Shown here: piece by piece, positions 45,692-55,438 of the stretch
Numbering within the stretch: position 1 is the stretch's first letter
How the letters are laid out: the number at the start of each line of letters is the position of its first letter
Assembly (NCBI GenBank): GCA_964431495.1
Contig: CAYSJU010000001.1
Span: 31,574 to 95,573, forward strand
Direction of reading: 5' to 3'
From: an uncultured Planctomycetia bacterium
Lineage (GTDB): Bacteria > Omnitrophota > Gorgyraeia > Tantalellales > Tantalellaceae
DNA: 64,000 bases
Notes under the pieces: generated by a model
Seen by the model: the letters and a program-made list of their open reading frames with translations, nothing else
Database searches by the model: none
Told to the model about the DNA's origin: nothing
Translations under genes and position numbers: made by a program

Positions 45692-47062
45692 ATGGGCAGT
45701 AAAAAAGATTCCGTAAAAAAAGACCTCAACAAAAGAGAAGAATGTATCTCGAAGATCAGGGGATTTCTTGAGAAGTCCCTTCATGAAAAGATGCGGCGTT
45801 TTCTCAAAGGGATGGAGCCGGAGGATATAGCGGATATCCTCAATGAATTTCCCACAGAAGACAAGCTCAGGATCTTCAGGTCCTTGAGCTCCCATAGCGC
45901 AGCTGTTGTCCTGGATGACACTGATTCCCAAACCCGCCTTCAGATCCTGCAGAAGTTCGACAGGGAAAAGCTCGCCGGGATACTGGACGAGATGCCTGCT
46001 GATGAAGCCGCTGATGTCATAGAGGAAGTAGCCGAGGAAAAAAGAGAAGACTTCCTGGACCTCATGGAAAAGGAAGACGCCGAGGAGGTCGAAGAGATCC
46101 TCAGCTATCCCGAAGACAGCGCCGGCCGCGTCATGAACCCCGATTTTGTATCTGTCAAAAAAGATAATGACGTGGAAGAAGCCATTAAGCATATCAGGAG
46201 CATTGAGATCGAAGAGGACTTTTATTATGTCTATGTAGTGGACGAGGAGATGAGGCTCAAAGGTATCGTTCCTCTGAAGAAGTTCTTTTTGTCCCCCAGC
46301 GGGACCCTGATCAGGGACGTTATGGAAGAAGACATCCATTCCGTGTTTGTCACTACCGACCAGGAACAGGTCGCCATGATAATGAGGAAATACGATCTAT
46401 TGTCCTTGCCCGTTACTGATGAGAAGGGGGAACTGGTAGGCCGTATTACAGCCGATGACATCATTGACGTTATTGACGAGGAACAGGCAGACGATATAAG
46501 CAAGATGACCGGTACCATAGAGGAAGAAAAGGGGACCGAGACCACTTTCAAGGCCACCCAGAACAGGCTCCCCTGGCTTATTACCTGCATGCTGGGGAGC
46601 ATTGTGACCGGTCTGGTCATCCAGATGTTCGAAGTGACCCTTGCGGAGATGATAGCCCTGGTCTCGTTCATACCCGTGATAACCGCTACCGGCGGGAACA
46701 GCGGCGTGCAGGCTTCGACCGTTGTGGTAAGGGGGATTGCTCTGGGGCACATGGATCTCAGTAAGGTGGGAGAAGAGGTCTTGCGGCAGTTTAAAATAGC
46801 GCTGAGCCTGGGGCTGGTATGCGGGATCGTCCTGACTTTTCTGGCGAACATATGGAAAGGACAGAGTATTTTGGGGGTGATCACCGGGCTTTCGATATTT
46901 CTGGTCGTCATATGGTCCACTTGCGTGGGTGTTTTTGTTCCGGTCATGTTCAAGAAGTTAGGGATAGATCCGGCTATATCTTCCGGACCGCTGATCACGA
47001 CCATGAACGATGTTATCGGTGTGTTTATATATCTGAGCATTGCAACAATGCTGCTCTCATGA
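45692..47062 (+). CDS. mgtE: Magnesium transporter MgtE
   Basis: MgtE N-domain, CBS pair (SAGRVMNPDFVSV..., LLSLPVTDEKGELVGRITADDIIDVI), and C-terminal TM domain with PVITATGGNSGVQAST and GPLITTMNDVIG. Confidence 0.93.
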   Translation: MGSKKDSVKKDLNKREECISKIRGFLEKSLHEKMRRFLKGMEPEDIADILNEFPTEDKLRIFRSLSSHSAAVVLDDTDSQTRLQILQKFDREKLAGILDEMPADEAADVIEEVAEEKREDFLDLMEKEDAEEVEEILSYPEDSAGRVMNPDFVSVKKDNDVEEAIKHIRSIEIEEDFYYVYVVDEEMRLKGIVPLKKFFLSPSGTLIRDVMEEDIHSVFVTTDQEQVAMIMRKYDLLSLPVTDEKGELVGRITADDIIDVIDEEQADDISKMTGTIEEEKGTETTFKATQNRLPWLITCMLGSIVTGLVIQMFEVTLAEMIALVSFIPVITATGGNSGVQASTVVVRGIALGHMDLSKVGEEVLRQFKIALSLGLVCGIVLTFLANIWKGQSILGVITGLSIFLVVIWSTCVGVFVPVMFKKLGIDPAISSGPLITTMNDVIGVFIYLSIATMLLS

Positions 47063-47090
47063 CCTGTCAAACCTCGTAGGTTTGACAGGT
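47062..47090. repeat. Hairpin overlapping the last base of the mgtE stop codon (12-bp stem, TCGTA loop). It has the REP loop in inverted orientation and may act as a terminator.
   Basis: ACCTGTCAAACC-TCGTA-GGTTTGACAGGT is a perfect palindrome. The apex ACC-TCGTA-GGT is the reverse complement of the RAYT-flanking REP apex ACC-TACGA-GGT. Confidence 0.7.
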
Positions 47091-47117
47091 TCTTAAACCA
47101 AAAGGATAGGAGGCAAA

Positions 47118-47312
47118 ATGGGAAAAAGTCTGAGTCTGATAATCGGAGCTATTGTCACGATCATCGGCCTTGTTCTTCTCGTGGCATGGCGGTATGAATT
47201 CTTTTTTTTCCTGCGCGGCGTGATCCCGTGCCTGCTCATACTGGGAGGGGTGATCGCGATTATCGCCGGAGTGAGCGAGCTCAAGGACGTTCTGAAGAGC
47301 AAAGGACAGTAG
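47118..47312 (+). CDS. Small 2-TM membrane protein (64 aa)
   Basis: Strong RBS AGGAGG 6 nt upstream of the ATG. Two hydrophobic helices: LSLIIGAIVTIIGLVLLVAW and VIPCLLILGGVIAIIAGV. Confidence 0.65.
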   Translation: MGKSLSLIIGAIVTIIGLVLLVAWRYEFFFFLRGVIPCLLILGGVIAIIAGVSELKDVLKSKGQ

Positions 47313-47324
47313 TGAGATTGTAGA

Positions 47325-47912
47325 ATGAAAAATATAAAATGCAAAATTTTAAAAACATTTGCAGGAACCGGTCTATTGTCCTTAGCGTTACTACTCGAAG
47401 GATGCACCGGGGACCTTAATGGGATGGAGAAAGAAATCCTTGCCTATGATTCTTCTTTTCAGAAGACGATCGATCAGAGAGGTTCAATTCAAAAACAATT
47501 AGATGCCGAGAAAGCCTCTTATATTCAGAAGAATCAGGAAATCGAAAGCCGGATGTCGGCCATTAAGAAAAAAAAGACGGCGATAAAGGCGGAACATCTC
47601 GCGACCATGGAAAAGATAAAGCGGCAGATCTATCCGAAAAAACGGAGCCTGCAGCAGAACATTATGAACCTGCAACGCCGGCTCAAGGAGAAACAGATCG
47701 AGGTCCGCAATATCACGAAGGACATAGACGAGGTCAACGCGCTGGTGAAAAAGGACGACAGGCTTTCCCTGACAAGGGAAGAAATACAGGCCTGGAGTAA
47801 ACGGCTTTCTTCTCTCGTGGAGCGTAAGAGCGGGATGGAAAAAGAGATCGCCGTGCTCAGGAGGAAGATAAGGATAACCAGGCTGAAAATAAAAGTGCTT
47901 GATGTCAGATAG
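47325..47912 (+). CDS. Secreted or lipoprotein coiled-coil protein (195 aa)
   Basis: Signal-like sequence GTGLLSLALLLEGC, with Cys as a possible lipobox. The remainder is charged heptad-like helix. Confidence 0.65.
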   Translation: MKNIKCKILKTFAGTGLLSLALLLEGCTGDLNGMEKEILAYDSSFQKTIDQRGSIQKQLDAEKASYIQKNQEIESRMSAIKKKKTAIKAEHLATMEKIKRQIYPKKRSLQQNIMNLQRRLKEKQIEVRNITKDIDEVNALVKKDDRLSLTREEIQAWSKRLSSLVERKSGMEKEIAVLRRKIRITRLKIKVLDVR

Positions 47913-47924
47913 GAAGGCGGAGGC

Positions 47925-49487
47925 GTGAAGATAAAAAGGGCGCTCGTAAGCGTATCGGATAAGGCCGGGCTCGAAGAATTCGTGAAAGGGCTGGACCGCC
48001 TGGGCGTGGAGATAATCTCCACCGGGGGGACGGCAAAGGCCATAAGTTCCATGGGTATTTCAGTTGTCGAGACGAGCTCATATACGGGATATCCGGAGAT
48101 GCTGGATGGACGGGTAAAGACCCTTCATCCAATGATCCATGCCGGGCTCCTTGCGGTCCGCGGCAACGAAGAGCACGAGAGACAGATGAAGAAAGAGGGG
48201 ATCCCGTATATTGATATGGTGGTGGTGAATCTTTATCCTTTTGAAGAAACCATTGCCCGGGAAGGGGTCACAATCGACGAGGCAACAGAGAACATTGATA
48301 TCGGGGGCCCTTCCATGATCCGCAGCGCTGCTAAAAATTTCAATTCGGTCGCGGTTGTCTCCTCTCCATGCCAGTACGAGCGTGTGCTGGTTGAACTCGG
48401 AGAAAACGGTGGAGAGATCTCCGGCGGCACCCTCAGGGGCCTGGCGATAGAAGCGTTTAAAAAGACCTCCGGTTATGACAATGCAATCTATGGTTATTTA
48501 TCCGAACCGTCGCCGTCCGGCGAACCCGAAGCCCTTCCAAGAGGTCTCAACATCAAATTGGAAAAAGTGCGGGAACTGCGTTACGGAGAGAATCCGCACC
48601 AGAAAGCCGTGCTTTACAAGGACACCTCATCGAAGAACACCGGGATAGCTGCTGCCGGGCGGTTGCAGGGCAGGCAGCTTTCTTTTAACAACATAATGGA
48701 TCTCAGCGCTGCCGTTGACATGGTGAAATGTTTTTCGGGGCCCGCAGCAGTAGTGGTCAAACACAATAATCCGTGCGGTGCCGCGTCCGCTGATACCCTG
48801 GAGCAGGCGTATATAGACGCTCTTGACTGTGACCGCATGAGCGCGTTCGGAGGCATAATGTCTTTTAACAGGCCTATAGAAAAAAAGATGGCGGAACTGA
48901 TATTGAAAGAGGCCGGTTTCATGGAATGCATTGTGGCTCCGGGATATGATGACGGGGCACTGGAGGTATTTAAGGGCAGAAAAAATCTGAGAGTCGTGAA
49001 AATGGACTTTACGGAAAAGGTCTCGCCTGCGGATAAGGATATAAAGAAGGTCATGGGAGGGATCCTGGTGCAGGATATTGACAGCAGGGAAGTATCTCGC
49101 CAGGATCTTGAGATCGTTACAAGGAAGAGCCCACCGGAAGATATTATTGACGCGCTTATTTTCGCGGACAAGATCGCCAAGCGGGTAAAGAGCAATGCTA
49201 TTGTGTTATGCCGGGGAACCAGGACAGTGGGCATCGGCGCCGGCCAGATGTCCCGCGTGGATTCGGTAATAATTGCCATAAGGAAAGCGGGCGGCAGGGC
49301 AAAAGGCGCTGTGCTTGCAAGTGACGCGTTTTTCCCCATGCCCGATTCCATAGAAGAGGCGCATAAAGCCGGTATCATCGCTATAATCCAGCCCGGGGGG
49401 TCGATACGCGACAATGAGGTGATCGCCGCGTGCGACAAATTCGGCATTTCCATGGTCTTCACCGGCACAAGACATTTTCGGCACTGA
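47925..49487 (+). CDS. purH: Bifunctional AICAR transformylase / IMP cyclohydrolase
   Basis: N-terminus KRALVSVSDKAGL (MGS-like domain), motif GRVKTLHP, and the AICARFT domain. GTG start at 47925 preceded by GGAGG. Confidence 0.95.
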   Translation: MKIKRALVSVSDKAGLEEFVKGLDRLGVEIISTGGTAKAISSMGISVVETSSYTGYPEMLDGRVKTLHPMIHAGLLAVRGNEEHERQMKKEGIPYIDMVVVNLYPFEETIAREGVTIDEATENIDIGGPSMIRSAAKNFNSVAVVSSPCQYERVLVELGENGGEISGGTLRGLAIEAFKKTSGYDNAIYGYLSEPSPSGEPEALPRGLNIKLEKVRELRYGENPHQKAVLYKDTSSKNTGIAAAGRLQGRQLSFNNIMDLSAAVDMVKCFSGPAAVVVKHNNPCGAASADTLEQAYIDALDCDRMSAFGGIMSFNRPIEKKMAELILKEAGFMECIVAPGYDDGALEVFKGRKNLRVVKMDFTEKVSPADKDIKKVMGGILVQDIDSREVSRQDLEIVTRKSPPEDIIDALIFADKIAKRVKSNAIVLCRGTRTVGIGAGQMSRVDSVIIAIRKAGGRAKGAVLASDAFFPMPDSIEEAHKAGIIAIIQPGGSIRDNEVIAACDKFGISMVFTGTRHFRH

Positions 49488-49521
49488 ATTCATACACTAT
49501 TTAATAACTAGTTGGATACTC

Positions 49522-49566
49522 GATACTCGATTCTCGTTAATTAATCGATAACGAGAATCGAGTATC
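49522..49566. repeat. Long intergenic hairpin (17-18-bp stem) with a duplicated GATACTC word
   Basis: GATACTCGATTCTCGTT (49522-49538) pairs with AACGAGAATCGAGTATC (49550-49566). An extra GGATACTC copy lies at 49514-49521. Confidence 0.7.
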
Positions 49567-49591
49567 CCAGCTGAATACCAATCACAATATA

Positions 49592-50908
49592 ATGTTTACC
49601 TATAACGATGCGTTAAAGTATCTCAATTCTTTTGTCAATTACGAGCGTTCCGGGTTGGACCTTCTAAAGGGTAGATTCGACCTTGGCAGGCTCCGGAAGG
49701 TCCTGGGGAAGATGAAAGATCCGCAGCGGTGTTATCCTTCCGTTCATATTGCCGGGACAAAGGGCAAGGGTTCAATTTCCGTGTTCACTTCTTCAATACT
49801 CGCACAGGCGGGTTACCGGGTAGGACTTTTCACTTCACCGCATCTTGGCACAATACGGGAGCGTATAAGTATTGACGCCAGGATCATCACGGAGGAAGAG
49901 CTTGTAAGGGCTGTTGGGGACTTGCGTCGGGTTATAGGTCCGCGTTCGGGGTTTGAACGGTTTTCGTTCTTTGAGGTCTATACCTTGCTGGCGATATTGT
50001 ATTTCAGGATGAAGAAAGTGGATTACGCTGTTTTTGAATGCGGTCTGGGCGGCCGTTTGGACGCGACCAACGTTATCGACGGGGCGGTCTGCGGGTTCGC
50101 GCCCATAAGTTATGATCACGTGCAGATCCTGGGCGGGAAGATAGCGGAGATCGCGGGCGAAAAAGCGGCTATCATCAAGGAAAATTCCCGTTGCGTGAGT
50201 TCCCCGCAGAGACCAACGGTATTACGCGTCGTGGAAGATAAATGCCGCGAAAAAACAGCTTCTTTATCTGTCGTGGGAAAGGACATAACCTGCCGGCTGA
50301 TAAAGGCCAGTGAAAACGGAGTGACATTCGATCTTTCCAGCGGGAAAAGGGAATATAAAGCGTGTCATACTGCAATGCTTGGAGATTTTCAGGCCGAAAA
50401 CTGTGCGACAGCTGTCGGGATCTGCGAACAGCTCATGGAATCGGAAAAAGGTGACCGGAGTATAAATGCAAAAACGGTGAAAAAAGGGATCTCTCGCGCG
50501 TTCCTGCCTGGGAGGATGGAAATTTTATGCCAAAGGCCTTTCCTGGTCATAGACGGCGCCCAGAACGGCGCGAGTGCGGCAAGGCTCAAATATTCTATTG
50601 AACAAATCTTCAAATATGATAAATTAATACTTCTACTGGGCCTTTCCAGGGATAAGGATATAATCGGTATATGCCGTGAACTTGTGCCCCTGGCGGACGA
50701 GGTGATACTGACACGCGCTTCGGTAGAGAGGGCCATGGATCCCGCTCTTCTGAAAGGATATATTAAAGGGAAGAAAGCCTGTATAACCAGGGATGTTGAA
50801 GAGGGGCTCGGGATGGCGTTCAGTCGAACGGTAAAGGATGATCTTATACTCGCTACCGGTTCTTTTTTTGTTATCGGCGAGGTTCGCAGACTCATGGTCG
50901 GAATGTAG
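49592..50908 (+). CDS. folC: Folylpolyglutamate synthase / dihydrofolate synthase
   Basis: P-loop HIAGTKGKGS, Mur-ligase layout, motifs FFEVYTLLA and ECGLGGRLDATN. Confidence 0.92.
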   Translation: MFTYNDALKYLNSFVNYERSGLDLLKGRFDLGRLRKVLGKMKDPQRCYPSVHIAGTKGKGSISVFTSSILAQAGYRVGLFTSPHLGTIRERISIDARIITEEELVRAVGDLRRVIGPRSGFERFSFFEVYTLLAILYFRMKKVDYAVFECGLGGRLDATNVIDGAVCGFAPISYDHVQILGGKIAEIAGEKAAIIKENSRCVSSPQRPTVLRVVEDKCREKTASLSVVGKDITCRLIKASENGVTFDLSSGKREYKACHTAMLGDFQAENCATAVGICEQLMESEKGDRSINAKTVKKGISRAFLPGRMEILCQRPFLVIDGAQNGASAARLKYSIEQIFKYDKLILLLGLSRDKDIIGICRELVPLADEVILTRASVERAMDPALLKGYIKGKKACITRDVEEGLGMAFSRTVKDDLILATGSFFVIGEVRRLMVGM

Positions 50909-50938
50909 TGCTTTGATTTATCAAACCGCAAAATAAGC

Positions 50939-52333
50939 ATGAATAAAATCAGTAAAAACGATACGATCGTGGCAGTTTCCACCCCGTTAGGGGAAGGGGG
51001 CATCGGTATTGTCCGTTTGAGCGGGGAAGATTCGGTCGGTGTCGTTGACAAAATATTCACTTCTCCGAAAGGCGGGATCCCGTCCGCTTATGCCAGTCAT
51101 TCCATCCATTACGGACACATCAGGAATCCGGGCAGCGGCGACCTGATAGACGAGGTCCTTGTTACCGTGATGCGCGCGCCGGGCACATATACCGCGGAAG
51201 ACGTGGTAGAGATCAACTGCCACGGCGGGATAATGCCCGTCAAAAAGATATTGGGATTATGCCTGACTAAGGGCGCCCGCCTGGCAGAGCCCGGTGAGTT
51301 CACGAAAAGGGCTTTTCTGAACGGCAGGATAGATTTGTCTCAGGCAGAGGCAGTGCTGGATGTGATCAGATCTGAGTCCGAGGCGGCCCGGAAGATCGCC
51401 GCCAGGCAGTTGAGCGGAGTCTTTTCCGAAGAGATAAAGGGATTGAGGGACCGGATTACGGATATTTTATCCGACATAGAACTGACGATAGATTTTACCG
51501 AGGAGGATGTTCTGTTCGCTTCGGTGGAAAAGATGACGAACGATATTGCCGTATTACAGCAGTCGGTCAGAAAAGTCATAGAGACCGCGGACAGGGGGAT
51601 GATGCTGCGCCGGGGTGTGCGGGTGGTGATATGCGGCAGGCCCAATGTGGGGAAGTCCAGCCTTATGAACGCCCTGTTGAAGCATGACAGGGTCATAGTA
51701 ACGCCGGTTGCAGGGACTACAAGGGATGTGATCGAGGAGTCCATTAATATCTCCGGGGTCATTGCCAGACTGGTGGACACCGCGGGTATTATTGCAACAC
51801 AGGATCAGGTGGAGCTGGAGGGTGTGAAGCGTTCCACCAGAGAATTGTCAGAGGCCGATATTGTGATCTTCATGGTCGATGCCAGCCGGCCGCTTTCAGA
51901 CGAAGACAGGAGGATATACGGGATGGTGAGGGATAAGAAAACCGTTGTTGTCATGAACAAAATAGACCTGCCCCGCATGTCCAGTGAGGAAGAAGCGTTA
52001 AACGACTTAGAGGCCGGAAGGGTTCTGGGAATTTCTGCACTCAAAAGAATAGGACTGGAGGGAATAGAAGACGCTGTGGCGGAAAAGATTTTCGACAGTG
52101 ATATAAAAATTCCGGAAGGGCCGATCGTGACCAGCGAGAGGCATAAAGAGGCATTGAGAAGCGCGCTTGAATGTATTGACAGGGGGTTAAAGGTCGCGGG
52201 GAAAAATTACAGCGGGGAGCTTTTGGCAAGTGATCTGAACGAAGCACTGTTCCATCTGGGACTTATTACGGGAGAATCCGCGGGTGACGATATTTTGGAC
52301 AGGATCTTTTCCCGTTTTTGTATCGGAAAGTGA
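50939..52333 (+). CDS. mnmE: tRNA modification GTPase MnmE (TrmE)
   Basis: N-terminus TIVAVSTPLGEGGIGIVRLSG, G1 GRPNVGKSSLMN, G3 DTAG, G4 NKID, and the characteristic C-terminal FCIGK. Confidence 0.95.
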   Translation: MNKISKNDTIVAVSTPLGEGGIGIVRLSGEDSVGVVDKIFTSPKGGIPSAYASHSIHYGHIRNPGSGDLIDEVLVTVMRAPGTYTAEDVVEINCHGGIMPVKKILGLCLTKGARLAEPGEFTKRAFLNGRIDLSQAEAVLDVIRSESEAARKIAARQLSGVFSEEIKGLRDRITDILSDIELTIDFTEEDVLFASVEKMTNDIAVLQQSVRKVIETADRGMMLRRGVRVVICGRPNVGKSSLMNALLKHDRVIVTPVAGTTRDVIEESINISGVIARLVDTAGIIATQDQVELEGVKRSTRELSEADIVIFMVDASRPLSDEDRRIYGMVRDKKTVVVMNKIDLPRMSSEEEALNDLEAGRVLGISALKRIGLEGIEDAVAEKIFDSDIKIPEGPIVTSERHKEALRSALECIDRGLKVAGKNYSGELLASDLNEALFHLGLITGESAGDDILDRIFSRFCIGK

Positions 52334-52346
52334 ATTTTTTTTTGTC

Positions 52347-52366
52347 ATTCCTGCAAAAACAGGAAT
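52347..52366. repeat. Small intergenic hairpin ATTCCTG-CAAAAA-CAGGAAT, nested in the GTGAAT...ATTCAC outer stem (52330-52376)
   Basis: Direct reading of complementary arms. A T-run precedes the stem rather than following it, so this is not a canonical terminator. Confidence 0.5.
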
Positions 52367-52425
52367 CCATATTCACTTTAGCTGTTTTGAATGATTTGAG
52401 CGGGTTATGAAAAGAAAGGAAAGAG

Positions 52426-52989
52426 ATGGATAAGGAGAAGATAAAGAGAGCAGTGAAGGATGTACTCGAGGCCATAGGAGAGGATCCAGGGAGGGACGGG
52501 CTTAAAGAAACTCCCAGGAGAGTTGCTGATATGTGCGAGGAGATTTTAGGGGGTATGCATGAGAACGCCGATGACGCGGTCACGGTATTTTTCGAGAAAG
52601 AGCATGATGAAATAATCCTTCTCAAGGATATCCCCCTGTATTCGTTGTGCGAGCATCACCTGATCCCGTTCCTTGGCAGGGCACACGTCGCGTATATCCC
52701 AGATGGGAACAGGATCACTGGTCTGTCCAAGATCGCCAGGGTCGTGGATATAATGTCCCGGAGGTTACAGGTCCAGGAAAAGCTCACCACTGAAATAGCG
52801 GATACCCTGATGAGAAAGCTGAAGCCAAAGGGGGTGTTTGTCGTTATTGAGGCGGAACATCTGTGCATGAGCATGAGGGGGGTAAAGAAACCCGGCGTGA
52901 TGACGACCACCAGCGCGGTCAGGGGAATATTCCGCTCAAGCCAGAAGACGCGTTCGGAAGCGCTGGCCCTGATCAGCCACAGGAACTGA
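52426..52989 (+). CDS. folE: GTP cyclohydrolase I
   Basis: Motifs [22 protein letters not shown] and [12 protein letters not shown]. Confidence 0.95.
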   Translation: MDKEKIKRAVKDVLEAIGEDPGRDGLKETPRRVADMCEEILGGMHENADDAVTVFFEKEHDEIILLKDIPLYSLCEHHLIPFLGRAHVAYIPDGNRITGLSKIARVVDIMSRRLQVQEKLTTEIADTLMRKLKPKGVFVVIEAEHLCMSMRGVKKPGVMTTTSAVRGIFRSSQKTRSEALALISHRN

Positions 52990-53073
52990 AAGCTGACAAC
53001 TGAATACTAAAGTGGTTGCGTTTTCTTAGCATATATAATATACTTATATCACAGCAAATCTGGAGAAAAAATA

Positions 53074-53538
53074 ATGATACAGGAAACCGGTGCCGTAGCA
53101 CAGCTTCTACATAACAGGGTGTTTTTTACCACCTTGGTCGGATGGTTCCTCGCGCAGAGCTTGAAGGTCACCCTGGGGGTCATAAGAGAGAAGCGCTTTA
53201 ATTTCAAGTGGTTTGTTGGAACGGGCGGAATGCCCAGTTCTCATGCCGCTGGCGCGACCGCTCTTGCCGCCAGCGTGGGCATCCAGGAAGGCGTGGGGAC
53301 CGCCATTTTCGCGACGGTAGCGATGTTCGCCCTGGTGGTGATAGCTGACGCGCAGGGGGTCCGGCGGGCCGCAGGCAAACAGGCCGAGATATTGAATAAG
53401 ATGGCGGATGATATTTACTGGAAAAAGCCCATAGAGCAGGAGAGGCTCATGGAGCTTGTAGGGCACACACCCAAAGAAGTTATTGCCGGCTTTCTTATCG
53501 GCCTGGCCGTTGCTTGCATATCGTATTGGATTGTTTAA
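53074..53538 (+). CDS. Divergent PAP2 family membrane protein (DUF212, acid phosphatase/vanadium-haloperoxidase-related)
   Basis: Motifs GGMPSSHAA and GHTPKEVIAGFLIG; about 4 TM helices. Confidence 0.8.
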   Translation: MIQETGAVAQLLHNRVFFTTLVGWFLAQSLKVTLGVIREKRFNFKWFVGTGGMPSSHAAGATALAASVGIQEGVGTAIFATVAMFALVVIADAQGVRRAAGKQAEILNKMADDIYWKKPIEQERLMELVGHTPKEVIAGFLIGLAVACISYWIV

Positions 53539-53555
53539 GACGGAGATCGATCATA

Positions 53556-54479
53556 GTGAACAGGAAAGGCCTTCTTACAGTAACCGCGTTTATTGCTGTC
53601 TTTGTCGTCGTGATATCCTTTGTGGTCCTGAAGTCTGTCTCCGGTACGGACACAAGAAGGACGGACAGAGCGGAACTGATATATGACGTTGCCGGGCAGC
53701 TCCTGCGGGAAGGCAATGGAGAAAGGGCCGTCAGGGGACTTGTCGCGATTGTTGAGAAGTATCCCGATTCAAGATATGCCAGGAAGGCGCTCAGGGACCT
53801 GACATCTATCTATTCCCGGGAAGGCGACGTTGATAAAGCATATTTTTATTACGCGAAGCTTATCAATAGTTTCCCTGACACAGATGACAGCGGAAAGATG
53901 AAGATCGAACTGGAAGAAGTTAATATGGAAAAACTGCTGTCTTTTGAAATAACCGGGGACAGTATCGAGTATGTGGTAGAGTCCGGGGATTCCCTTTACG
54001 CTATCGCAAAAAAATTCAATACAACGGTAGCTTTGCTCAGGAAGATGAACAGGTTCCAGAGCGATATCATAAGACCGGGACAGAGACTGAAGATCAATAT
54101 TTCCAGGTTTTCCGTCTTGATAGACAAGACCGGGAACCTCCTTGTGCTTGAAAAGGACGGGAAGCCTTTTAAGTCCTATCCTGTCGCCACCGGCAAGGAT
54201 GATTCTACTCCGGCGGGTGTTTTTACCATTGTTGACAAAATGATCAGACCTCCATGGACAGAGCCCGGCGGGATCGTTCTCATGCCGGATGACGAAGGAT
54301 ACGAACTTGGCGAACGATGGCTGGCGCTTTCCATACAGGGGTACGGGATACACGGGACCAATGACGATTCTTCCATAGGCAAGCATGTGACCGCCGGTTG
54401 CATCAGGATGCACAATGGCGATGTTATAGAGCTTTATGATATTGTAACAAAAGGCACAAAAGTGGAGATAGTCAAATAA
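53556..54479 (+). CDS. LysM domain-containing L,D-transpeptidase (YkuD family) with an N-terminal anchor and a TPR-like segment
   Basis: LysM domain YVVESGDSLYAIAKKFNTTVALLRKMNRFQSDIIRPGQRLKI. YkuD catalytic motif YGIHGTND...GKHVTAGCIRMHN. The GTG at 53556 (GGAG 10 nt upstream) is preferred over the TTG at 53514, which overlaps the upstream gene. Confidence 0.88.
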   Translation: MNRKGLLTVTAFIAVFVVVISFVVLKSVSGTDTRRTDRAELIYDVAGQLLREGNGERAVRGLVAIVEKYPDSRYARKALRDLTSIYSREGDVDKAYFYYAKLINSFPDTDDSGKMKIELEEVNMEKLLSFEITGDSIEYVVESGDSLYAIAKKFNTTVALLRKMNRFQSDIIRPGQRLKINISRFSVLIDKTGNLLVLEKDGKPFKSYPVATGKDDSTPAGVFTIVDKMIRPPWTEPGGIVLMPDDEGYELGERWLALSIQGYGIHGTNDDSSIGKHVTAGCIRMHNGDVIELYDIVTKGTKVEIVK

Positions 54480-54483
54480 AAAA

Positions 54484-55437
54484 ATGGCCATAGAACTGGA
54501 ATTTGAAAAACCTATCCTGGAACTGGAAAGAAAGATCGAAGAGCTTGAGAAGTTCACTCAAAGGGAGGAGATCGATCTTTCCGATGAGCTCTCGACTCTA
54601 ACGGAGAGGCTGGAACATCTTAGGAAAGATGTTTTCGAGAATCTGTCATCATGGCAGAAGGTCCAGCTCGCGCGGCATCCGGACCGGCCGTATACCATGG
54701 ATTATATCGGAATGATAATGGATGATTTTATCGAGATCCACGGCGACAGGCACTTCGGGGACGATAAAGCCATCGTAGCCGGTCTCGCGCGCATGAACGG
54801 CCAGAAACTGATGGTGATCGGACATCAAAAAGGCCGTGATACGAACGAGAACCTGGAAAGGAATTTTGGTTGCGCGCATCCCGAGGGGTACCGTAAGGCC
54901 ATCAGGGTCATGCGTATGGCTGAAAAGTTCAATATCCCGATTGTTACTTTTATAGACACTCCCGGGGCGTACCCCGGTGTCGGCGCGGAAGAACGCGGGC
55001 AGGCCGAGGCGATCGCCTATAACCTCAGGGAGATGGCGGGGATCAAGGTCCCAATTGTGGTGTTTGTCATCGGAGAAGGAGGTTCCGGCGGGGCCCTTGG
55101 AATAGGGCTTGGAGACAGGGTCTTTGTTCTGGAGAACGCTTATTATTCGGTTATTTCCCCGGAAGGTTGCGCTGCCATACTCTGGAAGGACCGGACCAAG
55201 GCTTCTTCCGCGGCCACAGCCTTGAAGATCACAGCGCCTGAACTAATGGAACTGAGGGTTATAGACGGGATGATCCCGGAACCGGTGGGAGGGGCGCACA
55301 GGGATTCTGAAAAGACCGCGAAAGAAATAAAGAAGGCCTTGAAGAAAAGTCTTGACGCGCTTTCCAAACGGACACAGGGCGAGCTGCTGGAGGCACGTTA
55401 CAAGAAATACAGGGAAATAGGAGCATACAAGGATTAA
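54484..55437 (+). CDS. accA: Acetyl-CoA carboxylase carboxyltransferase subunit alpha
   Basis: Motifs RHPDRPYT, NFGCAHPEGYRKA, FIDTPGAYPGVGAEERGQAEAIA and VIGEGGSGGALG. Confidence 0.95.
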   Translation: MAIELEFEKPILELERKIEELEKFTQREEIDLSDELSTLTERLEHLRKDVFENLSSWQKVQLARHPDRPYTMDYIGMIMDDFIEIHGDRHFGDDKAIVAGLARMNGQKLMVIGHQKGRDTNENLERNFGCAHPEGYRKAIRVMRMAEKFNIPIVTFIDTPGAYPGVGAEERGQAEAIAYNLREMAGIKVPIVVFVIGEGGSGGALGIGLGDRVFVLENAYYSVISPEGCAAILWKDRTKASSAATALKITAPELMELRVIDGMIPEPVGGAHRDSEKTAKEIKKALKKSLDALSKRTQGELLEARYKKYREIGAYKD

Positions 55438-55438
55438 A

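Noticed and set aside
45644-47070. Minus-strand ORFs of 231 and 279 aa antisense to mgtE
   Set aside because: The + strand product is an unambiguous MgtE with CBS and TM domains. The antisense translations have no recognisable features.
47118-47312. A magnetosome MamI-like small 2-TM protein
   Set aside because: The resemblance is only in size and topology. No other mam genes are in the window and no specific motif is shared.
48614-49468. 284-aa minus-strand ORF antisense to purH, and similar ones antisense to folC/mnmE (50389-51060), the L,D-transpeptidase (53769-54557), mlaF (57068-57634) and the PP2C gene (59981-60547)
   Set aside because: In every case the sense-strand gene carries strong family motifs. 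The antisense ORFs are compositional artefacts.
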